Positions 1 to 19,059 of a DNA stretch of 64,000 bases are shown here, piece after piece. The translations under genes and the position numbers were made by a program. The stretch's first letter is position 1. Each line of letters starts with the position of its first letter. The stretch comes from Octopus vulgaris. Its lineage: Eukaryota. The notes under the pieces were generated by a model that saw only the letters and a list, made by a program, of their open reading frames with translations, searched no databases and had not been told where the DNA came from. The stretch lies in NCBI GenBank assembly GCA_951406725.2, contig OX597814.1, positions 64,914,001-64,978,000 of the forward strand, given 5' to 3'.

Positions 1-497
<497 letters not shown>

Positions 498-510
498 GTA
501 ATATTAATAT

Positions 511-1197
511 AGAAAGAACGTGTCAGAAAAATGTAGAGTCTGTGGGACATGGAACGAGACAATGGTACACATTGGGGTAGAATGCCCAATGTTGGCACAG
601 GAAGAATACAAGAAATGGAGGCACAATTAGGTTGTAAAAGTTATACACTGGAAACTGTGCCAGAAATGAGGATTTGAAGCTAGAAACACATGATACAATC
701 ATCGAATCGAAAGAGTACTGGTGTCGAAGAAATGTAATACTTTGTGGACTTCCCTCTTCAAATGGACAAGCAATTAGGACACAATAGACATAACGATTAT
801 AGATAAGGAAAAGTAAAGATGCTTATTTATCGACCCATCACGACCGTTTCATTCCAGGATCGTAAAGAAAGAGGAATAAAAACAAAACAAAAAATATAGT
901 CCCTTAAAATTTGAAATAGGAAGAATTTGGAGCATGTGAACAGTAAAGGTCGTGCCTATAATAATTGGTGCGTTTGGAACAGTAAGCAAACATGTAGACA
1001 AACGGATGAAGGAGATTGAAATAGAATGCCTGGTAGCTCCTATAGAAAGTTTATCTCTTAGAGACAGCAAGGATTATCAAGAGGGTTCTAAGCACTTGAA
1101 AGACTGCTGAAAACTTATGGATACCTAAGGTTACCGGTTGTAAATCGTTATCCACATAGTTCCTACAGGAATAAGACCGAAACTCCGCCAAACCAAA
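511..1197 (+). mobile_element. R4/Dong-type fragment (family C): CCHC knuckle plus RLE endonuclease, degenerate
   Basis: Reads CRVCGTWNETMVHIGVECPMLAQEEYKKWRHN*VVKVIHWKLC...LWDFPLQMD...VVPIIIGAFG with stops. Homologous to 27716-28087. Confidence 0.85.
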
Positions 1198-1208
1198 ATA
1201 ATATTAAA

Positions 1209-1752
1209 TGTTCTGATGCATTACAAGTCACTGGCTCCCATGGCTTTTCATATTAACTGATTGAAAGTTTTATTATGTACATGTGTTGTCTTGGCATAAA
1301 AGATGGGCTACAGCATATATTCTGCTCAATACCACAGATTTGCTTGTCAGTTGTTTGATCTTAACCAGTTGAGCATGTCCCTTAGTGGCTGACGTTATGT
1401 GCATCTCCGATCACGAGCAGAAGTAGTGGGGAAGTATCATAGACAGATGTTGAGAGGAATTCTTTGGGGTTTAAGTAATTCACTTCTGGAAACATGGTTG
1501 TTTCGTTCAATATGCTTAAATAGCTCTTATTCTGGGACCTTTTGAGTGGGATGGTATACCCGACCCGAAGAAAATTCTCCACACTACAAGGTCATGCGCT
1601 GTTTATCTTGATATGAGATCACCATATTGGGCACATATGTGTGATGCATGTGCCTCGTATATTCTTATAAGACGGGTAGTTATGATGAGTATACTGGGCA
1701 AAGTATATTTTATCCCAGTGTCACTTTGATGGTATGCACTGCTCTCTCATTC
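1209..1752 (+). mobile_element. ~540-bp non-coding retroposon with (TAA)n tail (copy 1)
   Basis: Aligns by eye with 9109-9650, 9844-10261, 10283-10812 and 30586-30856. Ends gctctctca(c/t)tc followed by (AAT)n. Confidence 0.85.
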
Positions 1753-1779
1753 AATAACAATAATAATAATGATGATGAC

Positions 1780-2481
<702 letters not shown>

Positions 2482-2845
2482 ATAATAATAATAATAATAA
2501 TAATAATATTTTAGTTGAGCGAAGAACTGAACTTTCATCGTCGAAACTGTTGGAGGATCCATCATTCATATAAAAATGAATAACAAAGAAGCCAAGGAAG
2601 AAAGAAATGTTCAATGTTTGTTTACAATATCTTGTCAGTCACTTTTGTCAAGCATTTTGCAAAGAAAGCTGTAAATTGAACCGAGTTGTTTTGGAATGTA
2701 TTCTATTCGAAAAACGTCAAAACTGAAACGAATGCAGTAAATATCGGTTGGTCTAAATATTAACCAAAAGAATTTTTGGTCGGTATTGAAAGTCCCTCGC
2801 AGGGACTTTACCCGATGCCTTGTCATGTACAATTAATTTGTAGGT

Positions 2846-2990
2846 TGATTTGAGTGGCAGAGCGCGCGACTGAATACCTGCGTCTTTTTTATATCTTTTA
2901 ACGTTCTGAGTTCAAACCCTGGGTTGAATTTTGCATTTGATCTTTCAGAGTGGATAAAGTAGGGACCTGTCAAATACTGAGGATGAGCAC
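2846..2990 (+). mobile_element. Degenerate tRNA-derived SINE (Deu/Nin-like family)
   Basis: acgttctgagttcaaa B-box region and decayed central domain, like the 5620-6262 copies. Confidence 0.55.
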
Positions 2991-3833
2991 AAGCCACTTC
3001 ACCTTCTCCACGTTCACTCTGCGTCAGTAACATATTGAATTCACTACCACCCATAATACAGACATGGTATACGCAACCTAACCACTTATTTAAAGACGTT
3101 CTAGATGACTTCAAAATACACTTTGTTATCTTAAAATGGAGTTATATTGGACAAAAAAAGCCTCCAAAAAATATGGTTGCAACAACTTTTATAAGAGAAC
3201 AGTTTGATCAAAACTGATCTAGGGAAAAGTAATAACAACACAAACAACAGTAGCAGCGATTAACATAGATAAAATTATAGACCAAAATAAAAACAGGACA
3301 CGTTGTGCAGAGCCGATAAAGTACTTAGATGCCTATGTTGCTGTCATGCTCTAACCACCCGTCTTCACGCCGAAGTGTCTGCATATATATATAGCTGCAT
3401 ACTCAATCGCATCTCTGAATATACAAGGATTCGGCAAAGATTAAGCAGTCTAATTTTACTTTATACATAATCTGCATTCCTTAGAACCATTTCCACTATT
3501 TTATTTTGGTAGACTTTTTCTATGGCTACGATTTCCCAGAGCATTTTATCGAGAGCTGGTTTTCACTGCAGCCTACCTCATCTCCGCAGTCTATTACCGT
3601 ATTAACCATGGAGTGATTTCTTCTCCGTTCACTTTAGTATATTTTGGATTTCTGGTTACATATTTCTATTCCAAAACAAAAATAAATCCAGAACTTGGTA
3701 TAATTCTCGTTTTGAAATAAATTCTCAAAGTCCACATACAACTTTAAATAATAGCCTGTGAATATTTACATCCTATTATTTATACCTTCGAGGACAATTG
3801 AAAGTATTATGCTATTTATATTATTCGTAAAAC

Positions 3834-3966
3834 AGTCAAGACGAAGAGCGTGATTAGATTGTAATAGATATTTTATTGGTTGAACGATATTTTAACAGTA
3901 AGTCTGTCATTGTCAAGTTCAAAATACGAAGTGATAAACATTCAAAATTATAGAAATTTAAATAAC

Positions 3967-4051
<85 letters not shown>

Positions 4052-5520
4052 GTCAAGACGAAGAGCGTGATTCGATTGTAATAGATAATTTATTGGTTGA
4101 ACGATATTTCAACAGTAAGTCTTTTTTTGTCAAGTTCAAAATAAGAAGTGATAAAAATTCAAAATTATAGAAATTTAAATGTAAAGTATGAAAGAGGGCA
4201 ACCAGCGTCCACACGTCCACATGTTGATGGAATGACATTATCTGTCTTTAAGTTTCAATTTTATAACAGGCGTAAAGAAAAAGACAGAAAAAAGAAGACA
4301 GGAAAAAAGACAAAAAAAAAACAGAGGAAAGAAAAAGAAAAGGAAAAAGAAGAATTGTTAATCAAACAGTTTTGTATAAATTTGATGATATTCTCCTGTC
4401 ATTTTATTCATTCTTCCAAGGTGTGATGTTTATAACCCGCAAACATATTTCTCATCATTGCATTTTGAGAAGTGAAAGTGAAGCAGATTCAAAATATTTT
4501 CTGAGAATATACACTTTCAAATCTTTTTTCAAAATTGCAGCCGTTTGAAACGAAATGTTCGGCAAGTTCTGTTGAATTACTGTTATTGTACCTGACGTCG
4601 AATCTGTGCCTATTAAATCTTTTGTTTAATTGTTCTGCTATACAACCAGCAAGTTGTGTTTCGTGCATTCTGCCACGTACACCAAATGGGAATCTCTACA
4701 TGTTCCACGTTCTGTATAAACAATAATATTTCTGATTCCCTATGGACTGATGAACTCATGTTGTTGCACAATGGACAGGGCTTACTCCTCTTGCGACTGT
4801 TTTCAAAGTACAGCGTGCAGAAATTCCAACGTTAGTTTTCTTGGAGTCAGAAATAGAGGTCACTAATTCTCTTATATTCTTATTACGTCTAAAGGCTACA
4901 ATAGGCGGCTGAGGAAATATCTGTTTGAAACGAGGTTATTTTGTCGTCGCATGCTGGTAACTTTCATGCAACACTTTTGAAATGCCAGTGAAATTTCGAT
5001 GCCAGTTAATCACTAAAGGAATTCTGTCATCTATTGTAATGTGTTTGCTAAAATTATGCGTAACGGTTTGACTATCTTTGCTAATCTCAGCTATTTCATT
5101 TGCTATTTCCTTTAATCGTCATTCACTGTAATCGCGTTTGACATAATGATGTACAAAAGCATTTGCATGTTTCCAGTAATCTCCTATGTCAGTACAAATC
5201 CGTTTTATCCTAAGAAATTGGGATTTCGGATTTGACCGAATGATATGATGTAGATGATCGGAGCGGTGGTGGAGATAAATATGGGATGACGTGGGCTTGC
5301 AAAATAACTCTGTCACTATTCTGCCTCCAGACTTTTGTGTCCAAAATTTCAACGCTAGTTTTTGAAAAACTAGGCGTAAATTTTATATTGGACTTAAAGC
5401 CTTAGCTTTTCACCTAACAATTACAGAAAAGCAAGGAGTCCATTAAATTATCCTCTGATCCTTCCCAGACACAAAATATGTCATCAATGGACAGTAACCA
5501 GAGTATTGGTTCATGACTAT
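3834..5520 (-). mobile_element. Penelope-like element (Neptune-like), 5'-truncated and degenerate, with duplicated pseudo-LTR segment
   Basis: Minus strand: LWLLSIDDIFCVWEG (RT catalytic motif), TELFCKPTSSHIYLHHRSDH...SQFLRIKRIC (thumb), FPQPPIVAFRRNKNIRELV linker, CRDSHLVYVAECTKH...EQLNKRFNRHR (GIY-YIG). A ~130-bp direct repeat lies at 3834-3963 and 4051-4180. Confidence 0.85.
4098..4138 (-). ncRNA. Degenerate minimal hammerhead ribozyme in PLE pseudo-LTR (second copy at 3881-3921)
   Basis: Two-copy composite UGAAC UUGACAA U GACAG acuua CUGUU GAAA UA UC GUUCA. Stem I is a perfect 5 bp; the core deviates from CUGANGA. Confidence 0.55.
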
Positions 5521-5619
5521 GAAGGGATTTAAATTTCTATAATTTTGAATTTTTATGACCTCTTATTTTGAACTTTACAAAGACAAATATACTACTAATA
5601 CTGCCTACTACGAATAATT

Positions 5620-6262
5620 TCAAATTTTTCCACAAGAGCAGCTATTTTGGAGGAGGGGATGGGTCGATTACATCGACCCCATTGTTCAATTGGTACCGAA
5701 TGTATCGACCCCGAAACGGTGAAAGGCAAAGTCGGCCTCGGTGGAATTTGAACTCAGAACATAGGGGCAGACGAAATATCTATTTCTTTACTACCCACAA
5801 GGGGCTAAACACAGAGGGGACAAACAAGGACAGACAAACGGATTAAGTCGATCACATCGACCCCAGTGCGTAACTGGTACTTATTTAATCGACACCGAAT
5901 GGATGAAAGGCAAAGTCGACCTCGGCGGAATTTGAACTCAGAACGTAGCGGCAGACGAAATACTGGTAAGCATTTCACCCGGCATGCTAGCGGTTCAGCC
6001 AGCTCGCCGTTAAAAGAGACGTACGAAATACCTATTTCTTTACTACCCACAGGGGCTAAACACAGAGGGGACAAACAAGGACAGACAAACGGATTAAGTC
6101 GATTATATCGACCCCAGTGCGTAACTGGTACTTATTTAATCGACCCCGAAAGGATGAAAGGCAAAGTCGACTTCGGCGGAATTTGAACTCAGAACGTAGC
6201 GGCAGACGAAATACAGCTAAGCATTTCGCCCAGCGTGCTAACGATTCTGCCAGCTCGCCACC
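5620..6262 (-). mobile_element. Three tandem tRNA-derived SINE units with a Deu/Nin-like central domain
   Basis: Reverse complement: ggcgagctggcagaatcgttagc (A-box), gagttcaaattcc (B-box), gcctttcatcctttcggggtcgat...aagtacca. Units at about 5620-5778, 5779-6008 and 6020-6262. Confidence 0.85.
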
Positions 6263-6275
6263 TTAATAATAATCA

Positions 6276-9008
<2,733 letters not shown>

Positions 9009-9025
9009 GTATTATTATTATTATT

Positions 9026-9108
<83 letters not shown>

Positions 9109-9110
<2 letters not shown>

Positions 9111-9650
9111 CCCTGATGCAGTATCAGGCAGTGGCTCACGTGGCTTCTGATCTTAACTGATTGGAAGTGTTATCATGTACATGGTTTTGTCTCGGTATAA
9201 AAGATGGGCTACAGTAAATATTATGCTCAATACCACAGATTTGTTTGACCGTAACCAGTTGAGCATGTCGCTTAGTGGCTGATATGTGCATCTCTGATCA
9301 CGAGCAGAAGTAGTGGGGAAGCATCATAACCATATGTTGAGAGGGATTCTTTGGGGTTTGAATAATTCACCTCTGGAAACACGGGTGTTTCGTTCAACAT
9401 CCTTAAACCACCCTTATTCAGGGACCTCTTGAGCGGGATGGGTTACTCGACCAGAAGAAAATTCTAACTGGGCCCCACCTGCAAGGTCATGTGCTGTTTA
9501 TCTTGATGTGAGATCACCATGTCGCGCACATATGGTTGTGATGCATGTGCCTGGTGTACTCTTATCAGACGGGTAGTCATGATAAGTATACTGGGCTTCG
9601 TATATTTTACCCCATTGTCACTTTGATGGCATACACTCCTCTCTCACTCC
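9109..9650 (+). mobile_element. ~540-bp (TAA)n-embedded retroposon (copy 2, apparently full length)
   Basis: Starts tgccctgatgcagt and ends ctctcactc, with (TAA)n on both sides. Confidence 0.9.
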
Positions 9651-9810
<160 letters not shown>

Positions 9811-9843
9811 GTTATTATTATTATTATTATTATTATCATTATT

Positions 9844-10261
9844 GAGTGAGAGAGCAGTGCATACTTTCAAAGTGATAATGGGGTAAAATATACGAAACCC
9901 AGTATACCCATCACGACTCCCCTTCTGATAAGAATACACAAGGCACATGCATCACAGCCATATGTAATCTCACATTATGGTGATCTGATATGAAGATAAA
10001 CAGGGAATTTTCTTCAAGTCGAGTAGCCCATCCCACTCAAAAGGTTTCTAAATAAGGGTTATTTAAGCATGTTGAACAAAACATGTTTCCGAGGTGAATT
10101 ATCCAAGCCCTAAATATTTTCTCTCAACACATAGTTATTATGCTTCCCCACTACTTCTGCTCAGGGTAAGAGATGCATATATCGTCGGTAAATAATGGAC
10201 ATACTCAACTGCTTAAGTTCAAACAACTGACAAGCAAATCTGCGGTACGGAGCAGAATATT
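9844..10261 (-). mobile_element. ~540-bp retroposon (copy 3, 5'-truncated)
   Basis: Reverse complement of the 3' ~420 bp of copy 2. Confidence 0.85.
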
Positions 10262-10282
10262 TTAATTATTATTATTATTATT

Positions 10283-10812
10283 GAGTGACAGAGCAGAGCA
10301 TGCCATCATAGTGACACTGGGTTAAATATACGAAGTCCAATATACCCATCGTGACTACCCGTCTGATAAGGGTACACCAGGCACATACATCACAAACATA
10401 TGGTGACCTCATATCAAGATAAACAGCGCATGGCCTTGTAGGTGGGAGCCAATTAGAACTTTCTTCAGGTCGAGCAGACCATCCCGTTCAAATGGTCCTT
10501 GAATAAGGATTGTTTAAGGATGTTGAACGAAGCACCCATGTTTCCAGTGGTGAATTATTCAAACTCTCAACACATGGCTATGATACTCCACCACTACTTC
10601 TGCTCGTGGTCAAAGATACACATATCGTCAGCCACTAAGGGACATGCTCAACTGGTTAAGGTCAAACAACTGACAAGCAAATCTGTGGTATGGGGCAGGA
10701 TATTTGTTGTAGACCATCTTTTATACCAAGACAAAACAATGTACATGATAACACTTCCAATCAGTTAAGATCAGAAGCCATGAGAGTCACTACCTGTTAC
10801 TTCATCAGGGCA
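10283..10812 (-). mobile_element. ~540-bp retroposon (copy 4)
   Basis: Reverse complement of copy 2 from end to end, flanked by (TTA)n. Confidence 0.9.
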
Positions 10813-10844
10813 TTTATTATTATTATTGTTGTTGTTATTATTAA

Positions 10845-10913
<69 letters not shown>

Positions 10914-10914
10914 C

Positions 10915-11214
10915 ATATGTTTGACTTTTGCTTTATATTTGTACAAGTTGGCTCCAAATCCCACCCGGAGACCTCAAGAGACAACATGTTGGAAGTTCAC
11001 GTTGTTGTTATGCCTAGTGTGCCATATATTTGGTTGTTTTTTGTGTTGTACTGGAGGATGTCTAAAAAAAAAAAGAATGTTTGTTTTAAACCTTGAGATT
11101 ACATAGAAAGTATTTTGCGTAGGATATGAGCAGTTCCCATGAGCACTATCTTTTGAATTTCTGCCATTTTGGGGTTTCCTGGTATCTGAGTTAGGTAGCT
11201 ATCAGCCCCTTTTG
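10915..11214 (-). mobile_element. R4/Dong-type 3' end (family A)
   Basis: Reverse complement matches 1-360 (PGNPKMAEIQKIVLMGTAHILRK and 3' UTR), between (TTA)n tracts. Confidence 0.85.
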
Positions 11215-11220
11215 CTACAA

Positions 11221-12732
<1,512 letters not shown>

Positions 12733-12944
12733 ATTAACTTTATTATTAGAATGTTTCAAATCTTTTCGAAATTTTACCTGTGAATCAGACAAGTTCTAGC
12801 CAAATGTCTAGTCAGATTGACACCAAAATGCCACGATACTTCCCGGATATGTGACGCTATGCTACATACTATACGAAATTAATGAAGCAACGAGTCAGTT
12901 GACTGGCATCTAATAGAATCGAGCAGTAAGATATGCTTGTGTGG

Positions 12945-12983
<39 letters not shown>

Positions 12984-13031
12984 AGACACACAAACATACA
13001 CCCACAAATAAATAGATGAACACTCACAGGC

Positions 13032-13062
<31 letters not shown>

Positions 13063-13140
13063 TACATACAAATAATTATATATATATATACACACACACA
13101 TACGTACATATATATATATGTGTGCGTGTTTGTATGAATG

Positions 13141-13191
<51 letters not shown>

Positions 13192-13686
13192 GTGTGTGTA
13201 TACATACTTATGCACACGCACACATATATCCAGAAGATGCATGCATGTATCTATGTGTGTATGTGTACATGTATGTGTGTGTGTCTGTGTCTGTGTGTGT
13301 GTCTTATTACTAAATCTCTCCAGTTCCTGCCATCGGCTTTGTCACCATTTCTGTCATCAAGTGGGCGTAAATGATTCCGAAATGTCTAAGAATGCTCTGT
13401 ATTACGAGGCTAAATAACTTGTTCTTTCGTTTTCACATAACAAAATGTTTGAGGGTAAAAATAAGAAAATAAAGGTAACAAATAAAGCAATCGCAGTCAG
13501 ACAGTAAGAGACACATTGCCTTTCAGTCAACTATACAGAGTGCCATTCAAATAAAAACAATAAAATCCCGTGTTGAATGCATACGCATATAAGATCATCC
13601 ATACATATGTTGTCGCGTGTGTGCGTGTGTCCGTACATACATAAAAAGATTCATACACATACACACGCACACACATATACATACAT

Positions 13687-13813
<127 letters not shown>

Positions 13814-14044
13814 CGCACAGTGTTTGTGTATGTATGCATATTTCGCATGTTTATTGATGGATATATGTAAGATCTTTTTTGCGTGAGACAAAGAAAGTGT
13901 GTGTGCATACATGCACGCACACCTTCCCACACGCATTAAAAGTTGTACTCTATATTTGCATACATACTCCCAGTTACATACTTACCTATATATATGTATA
14001 CATATATGCGTGTATACATACGTGCACATATACATACATACACG

Positions 14045-14106
<62 letters not shown>

Positions 14107-14179
14107 ATGTATGTATACACGCATCTGTATATATGTAAGTGTTTGTGTGTATAGATGTGTATGAGTTTATATGTGCGAG

Positions 14180-14400
14180 AGTGGGAATATTGTTTATTTT
14201 GTGTATGCTTAAAGACCAGTATCCCATGACACAGAGGTTGCGGAGGGTTTATTTTGAATTAACAATTTTTCCCACATCGGATGTTTCTTCCAATCATATG
14301 TCACTTATCCGAAAGAAATCTTTTACATTAATGAGTTAAATTTATCCCATTTCTGATATCTCTGATGAGGTAGGGCGTTTTCCCAATCGAAACCCGCGAA
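14180..14400 (+). mobile_element. Possible decayed PLE 3' end with hammerhead-like motif (14362-14396)
   Basis: CUGAUGA GGUAGGG cguuuu CCCAAUC GAAAC is present, but the cleavage triplet and stem I are lost. Upstream KEIFYINEL resembles a GIY-YIG tail. Confidence 0.4.
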
Positions 14401-14419
14401 CGAGGAATGTGTGTATATG

Positions 14420-15056
14420 TGTGTGTGTTTGGGCCTGCGTGTGGATGTGGCATAGTCTGAATGAAGAGTTAGTGACTATTCTGTCCTTTGCAACCCCACC
14501 TCATACCAGTGACATTGATGCACCTGGTGTCGATCAACGTCTACGAAAAATTATGAGCAGAAAAGTTCAGGGACCAAGATTCAGGGGATACAATGGCAGT
14601 GCGGCAGATCCACTTGTAACTGGAGGAAACGATACAAGTGAGACGGAAATGACTAAGCGGGGATGACATGTCCCAGCCCACTTCGAGGAGCAGAAGCCAT
14701 TATAGTAGCGGTTGATTAGAAATATTGGGGAGATCAAGCGCCTGTAGTTCAGATGCTAGAGTGTACTTCAGAGTGATTTTATGTCAGACAATCGGGTGGT
14801 TGTTTTCTGGGTGTGATCTAGAATGTCCATATTTGAAGTGGCACCACCCGTCTAAATATGGAGCAATACTGCATTGTAGGTATCACCTGAGCATTAAGCC
14901 CAGATGTCGCGATGCAGTGTTACATATGTGAAGTATGTACTTTTGCCAAGAGGTCCATTGTTAAAGTAAGATGAATCAATTGGAGCACCTTTGAAGAATT
15001 TGTGCTACTCATGGTGACTGAGAGAACATTCAAATGCTGTCATGCCAAGTAAACAC
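14420..15056 (-). mobile_element. CR1/Jockey-group LINE ORF2 C-terminal remnant
   Basis: Minus-strand fragments PTMQYCS and RYYNGFCS resemble the ORF2 end; heavily frameshifted. Confidence 0.5.
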
Positions 15057-15058
15057 CA

Positions 15059-15122
<64 letters not shown>

Positions 15123-15745
15123 GATAGATAGATACAAAGGCAGACAGACAGACAGATAGATAGACAAACAGACAGTCAAACAGACAGACAGACAGATAGA
15201 TAGATAGATAGATATATAGATAGATAGATATATAGATAGATAGATAGATAGATAGATAGATTGATAGATAGATAGATAATGTGTGTATGTCTGTGTAAAC
15301 AATGATGCACGTAAACAAATAAACATCTTGGCTCTGGTATTATTTGCTTTGTCTATTTGCATCTTTGTCTCCATAACTGCTCACCTGGATTCCTCTTTTA
15401 ACTATTCTTTACCCCGCGGACTTTGTTCTCGGTAAAGGTTTTGAGTATAATTTCAAATCACCTGAGCGTTAGTAAGTGTTTTCGGTATTGAGAAATTGTG
15501 GATCTCGTCTGTTGATTCAATACACACACACGCATGCACGCGCGCGCACACAAACACACACACACACACAAATAGATAGATACATATATATATATATACA
15601 TACATGCATACATATACACATACACGAATATATGTGTACATGTGTATACAATCTTATGTCCACACTCAGGTGCATAAATACATACATACATACGTATATA
15701 TGTGTGTATGTGTGAGTGTACAGGTATATGTATGTGTGTGTGTAG

Positions 15746-15776
<31 letters not shown>

Positions 15777-16314
15777 CATGCATATATGTCTGTGAGCACA
15801 CACAACACGCATGCACACACACGCACACATATTATCTTTTAAATCACCACATAAGCGTGCCTTAGTCAAGTGTTCTCTGACCAGAGAACCAGATGTACAT
15901 TCAAGTAAAGATAGTATTTTCCCCGTGTTTTACCATACTTACAACTGTACAAAGATTGCTGCTAATTAATTGACACGACATCCTTGAATGCCAGTCGATA
16001 TATGCTGTTATATGCTGCTATGTTATATGTAATATTGTTGTTCAACAGAACCGGAAATATCTGTTCGCTACGCCAATATGCAACTAATGATCTCTCGAGT
16101 TTCATATCTGATAATGAGGTATGAGTGATATTTTTAAGTTGTGTATGCTTGTACATATATGTGTGTGGCTGCGTTATCGCATATCTATATGTGCTTTTGT
16201 TTATATTTGTGCGTATGAGGAGGTTTGTGTGTCTGATTAATTTTGCACATCTGCTAGTGTGTGTTTGCGCGTGTGCGTCTTGTATGTTTGTGTGTGTATG
16301 TGTATATACATACA

Positions 16315-16381
<67 letters not shown>

Positions 16382-16604
16382 GTGTGTGCGTGTGTGTGTG
16401 TATACATCTATAATTTTGTACGCTTGTTTATATGGATATAAGGTAGCTTGTTTAGTTGTGCTCGCCCGTTTCTCTGCTAATGTCCGTACATGTGTATCTG
16501 CGTGTTTAAATATGTATGTATATGTTTTTATGAATGTTTGATAATAAGATTATACTTGTTTTGCAGTATTGGAGTTAGTAATTGTGAAAACAGGAAGGTA
16601 TGTA

Positions 16605-16685
<81 letters not shown>

Positions 16686-17074
16686 CAGTAGTAGCAGCAG
16701 CAGACTTGCAATTGCATTTATCGTTTTTGTTGTTGCTGTGTGGGTGCAGTTGTAGAGATATAACTCCTTAAAGTTCCAGTGATAATGAGGTTTAAGATAA
16801 TTGTGTTGTTCATATTAACCAATATTAGCATAACTTCAGCATACGTCTGATATAGGATTGACCGATCAAACGGAATGTTCGTTCTTCATTTTCAGTTAAT
16901 ATAATGTTATTATTTCGACCACATTCATTCTACTTGACGTAAATTTAGACACAAATTCTAATAACCACCATCCCTAACGCTGTTCCAATATTAGACATCA
17001 ATATTTCATTAAATTATATCTTAATTTGATGTAAAAAATGATTGCAGCTTTTATCATTATTTTTATTTTGACAG

Positions 17075-17290
17075 GACGGTAAGCTGGTAGCTGCGTTAGC
17101 GAGTCAGACAAAATGGTTAGCGGCATTTCTTCCGGTTCTTTATGTCTTGTGTTCAAATTCCCTCGAGTTCGATATTGCCTTCCATATTTTCACAGTTGAT
17201 AAAATAAAAACCAGTTGAACACTTGTGTCGATGAAATTGATTTGCCCCCTCTCTAAAAAAACTGCTAACCATATGCCAACATTTTAAATC
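17075..17290 (+). mobile_element. Degenerate Deu/Nin-like tRNA SINE
   Basis: ggtaagctgg...gttagc...gtgttcaaattcc...gccttccat...gataaaataaaaaccagtt. Confidence 0.7.
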
Positions 17291-18907
17291 ATTATTCTAA
17301 TGCATGTGTTTGTCAATAAACATTTAACTTTGGTCAAATAACATAACATTTGAAATGCAAATTTATTTTAAGGACCTTAACTTCATTGCTTATTCCTCCT
17401 TGTTTTAGGCTGTTAAATCAAAGTTGATAAAAAATAAAAAATAAAAAGGAAAATTTGAGTGATTTTATTGTACGAGTTCAAAACACAACACAAATATGTT
17501 GAAACCGCTGGTAAAATGAAGCAAATACACTAGGAGACCATCAAAGAATGTATAACTGAACATTGATTCCAAAGATTTCACAGAAGTATTTGTCAAAATT
17601 TTTGAAGATGAGGTAAGTCCTGGACGATCACCTGTAATTCGCCAATCGATTCTATGATGACAAATTGAGTGCGTTAATAAATCAGACGCTAGCAAAACAA
17701 CTTGAAAAGTTTTATTACTTAACGCTAACCATTTAACTGTTGTTGGAAATTTCGCTACACGGGTAAGTGAAAAAATAAATAAATAAAAATCTCAACATGG
17801 GCTCAATAAAAAATTGTTAGAGTATCGGAATTACCAAATCTGTTTTGTGCGTCTCTTTTGCAAAAGAAATCATTTCTTTACCGTATTTCGACATGTGACT
17901 AAAAGTTAAATCCACGCAAAGAGTAAATCAAAGAGAAGCAGCTAGACGTTTTCCGAAACCGAAGCTGCATAAAAAGAAAATTATGGCCTCTATTTTAATG
18001 GTCAACAAGTAGAATCATCCACTATAATTTCTTCAGTACTACCAGTATCATCATGGCTGAGATGTATTTCCAAAACAATTAATACAATATTCCCAAAAGT
18101 TCCAGCCCATCATTGCTCAATCAGAAATGATCGATTCTTTTTTTGTGGCAACGTCTGAACATGTCTCGCAAATGACAGAAACAGAACGGACTGCAATAAA
18201 ATATTCTTCCTCACTCAGCTTCTCTCTAGATCTCTCACTGATGACTACTATGTTTTCAAACATCTCGAAAACTTCCAGCCAAAGATGGCCTTCAACTGCC
18301 AAGCAGCACGAAATATTTTGAAGAAATTGCAGGTTTCAGAACTCCAGAATTCTATTTCATGCTGGTAAAAAGATGCAGATTTTAGTGGTGTATCGCTTTT
18401 AGTGGTGTATCGAGGAGTATCGCTTCAAATATGAGTATTAAAAATCCCAGTTATTTTCGCACTACACTCAGTTACAGGTTCCCATAAACAGATATAATGG
18501 TTATGGTTGGAAAAAGATTATCACCAAACTTCTGCTGGTTCGGTGTTGTTTCGGGCTAAATAACATCATAGCTGATATAGAATCCTCATCCATCGACAAT
18601 AGAAGGCAAATTCAATCACAATGGAGTTTCAACAGTGGACATACAGGGGAGTAATACCTGTAATGTATTTTGTCAAGTGATCTACTAACTCTTCCCTCCA
18701 TAATCCAAAAATGATTTTTAATATGAGTACTGAACGTCAAATTTGGGCAATATTATCATCAAATCTAGAAAAACAGACTGCTATGAATGACAAAGGGATG
18801 AATGACAAAGCAGATCATGGTAGCGTAAGAATTTAGAATAAAGTAGCGCAAGTTATTTGGTTTCTTGCACTACCTCTTCTACCATTCAATCTCAACAATC
18901 ATGAAGA

Positions 18908-18960
<53 letters not shown>

Positions 18961-19059
18961 GTTCTACTACTACTACTGCTGCTACTGCTGCTGCTGCTAC
19001 TACTGCCGCTGCTACTACTACCACCATCACAAACAACAATAAATATTGATAATAATGAT

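Noticed and set aside
10620-10640. CUGACGA inside the 540-bp retroposon (minus strand)
   Set aside because: No downstream GAAA or compatible stems.
17440-18480. Non-repetitive stretch that may be a decayed DNA transposon
   Set aside because: No diagnostic motif, TIR or TSD could be read.
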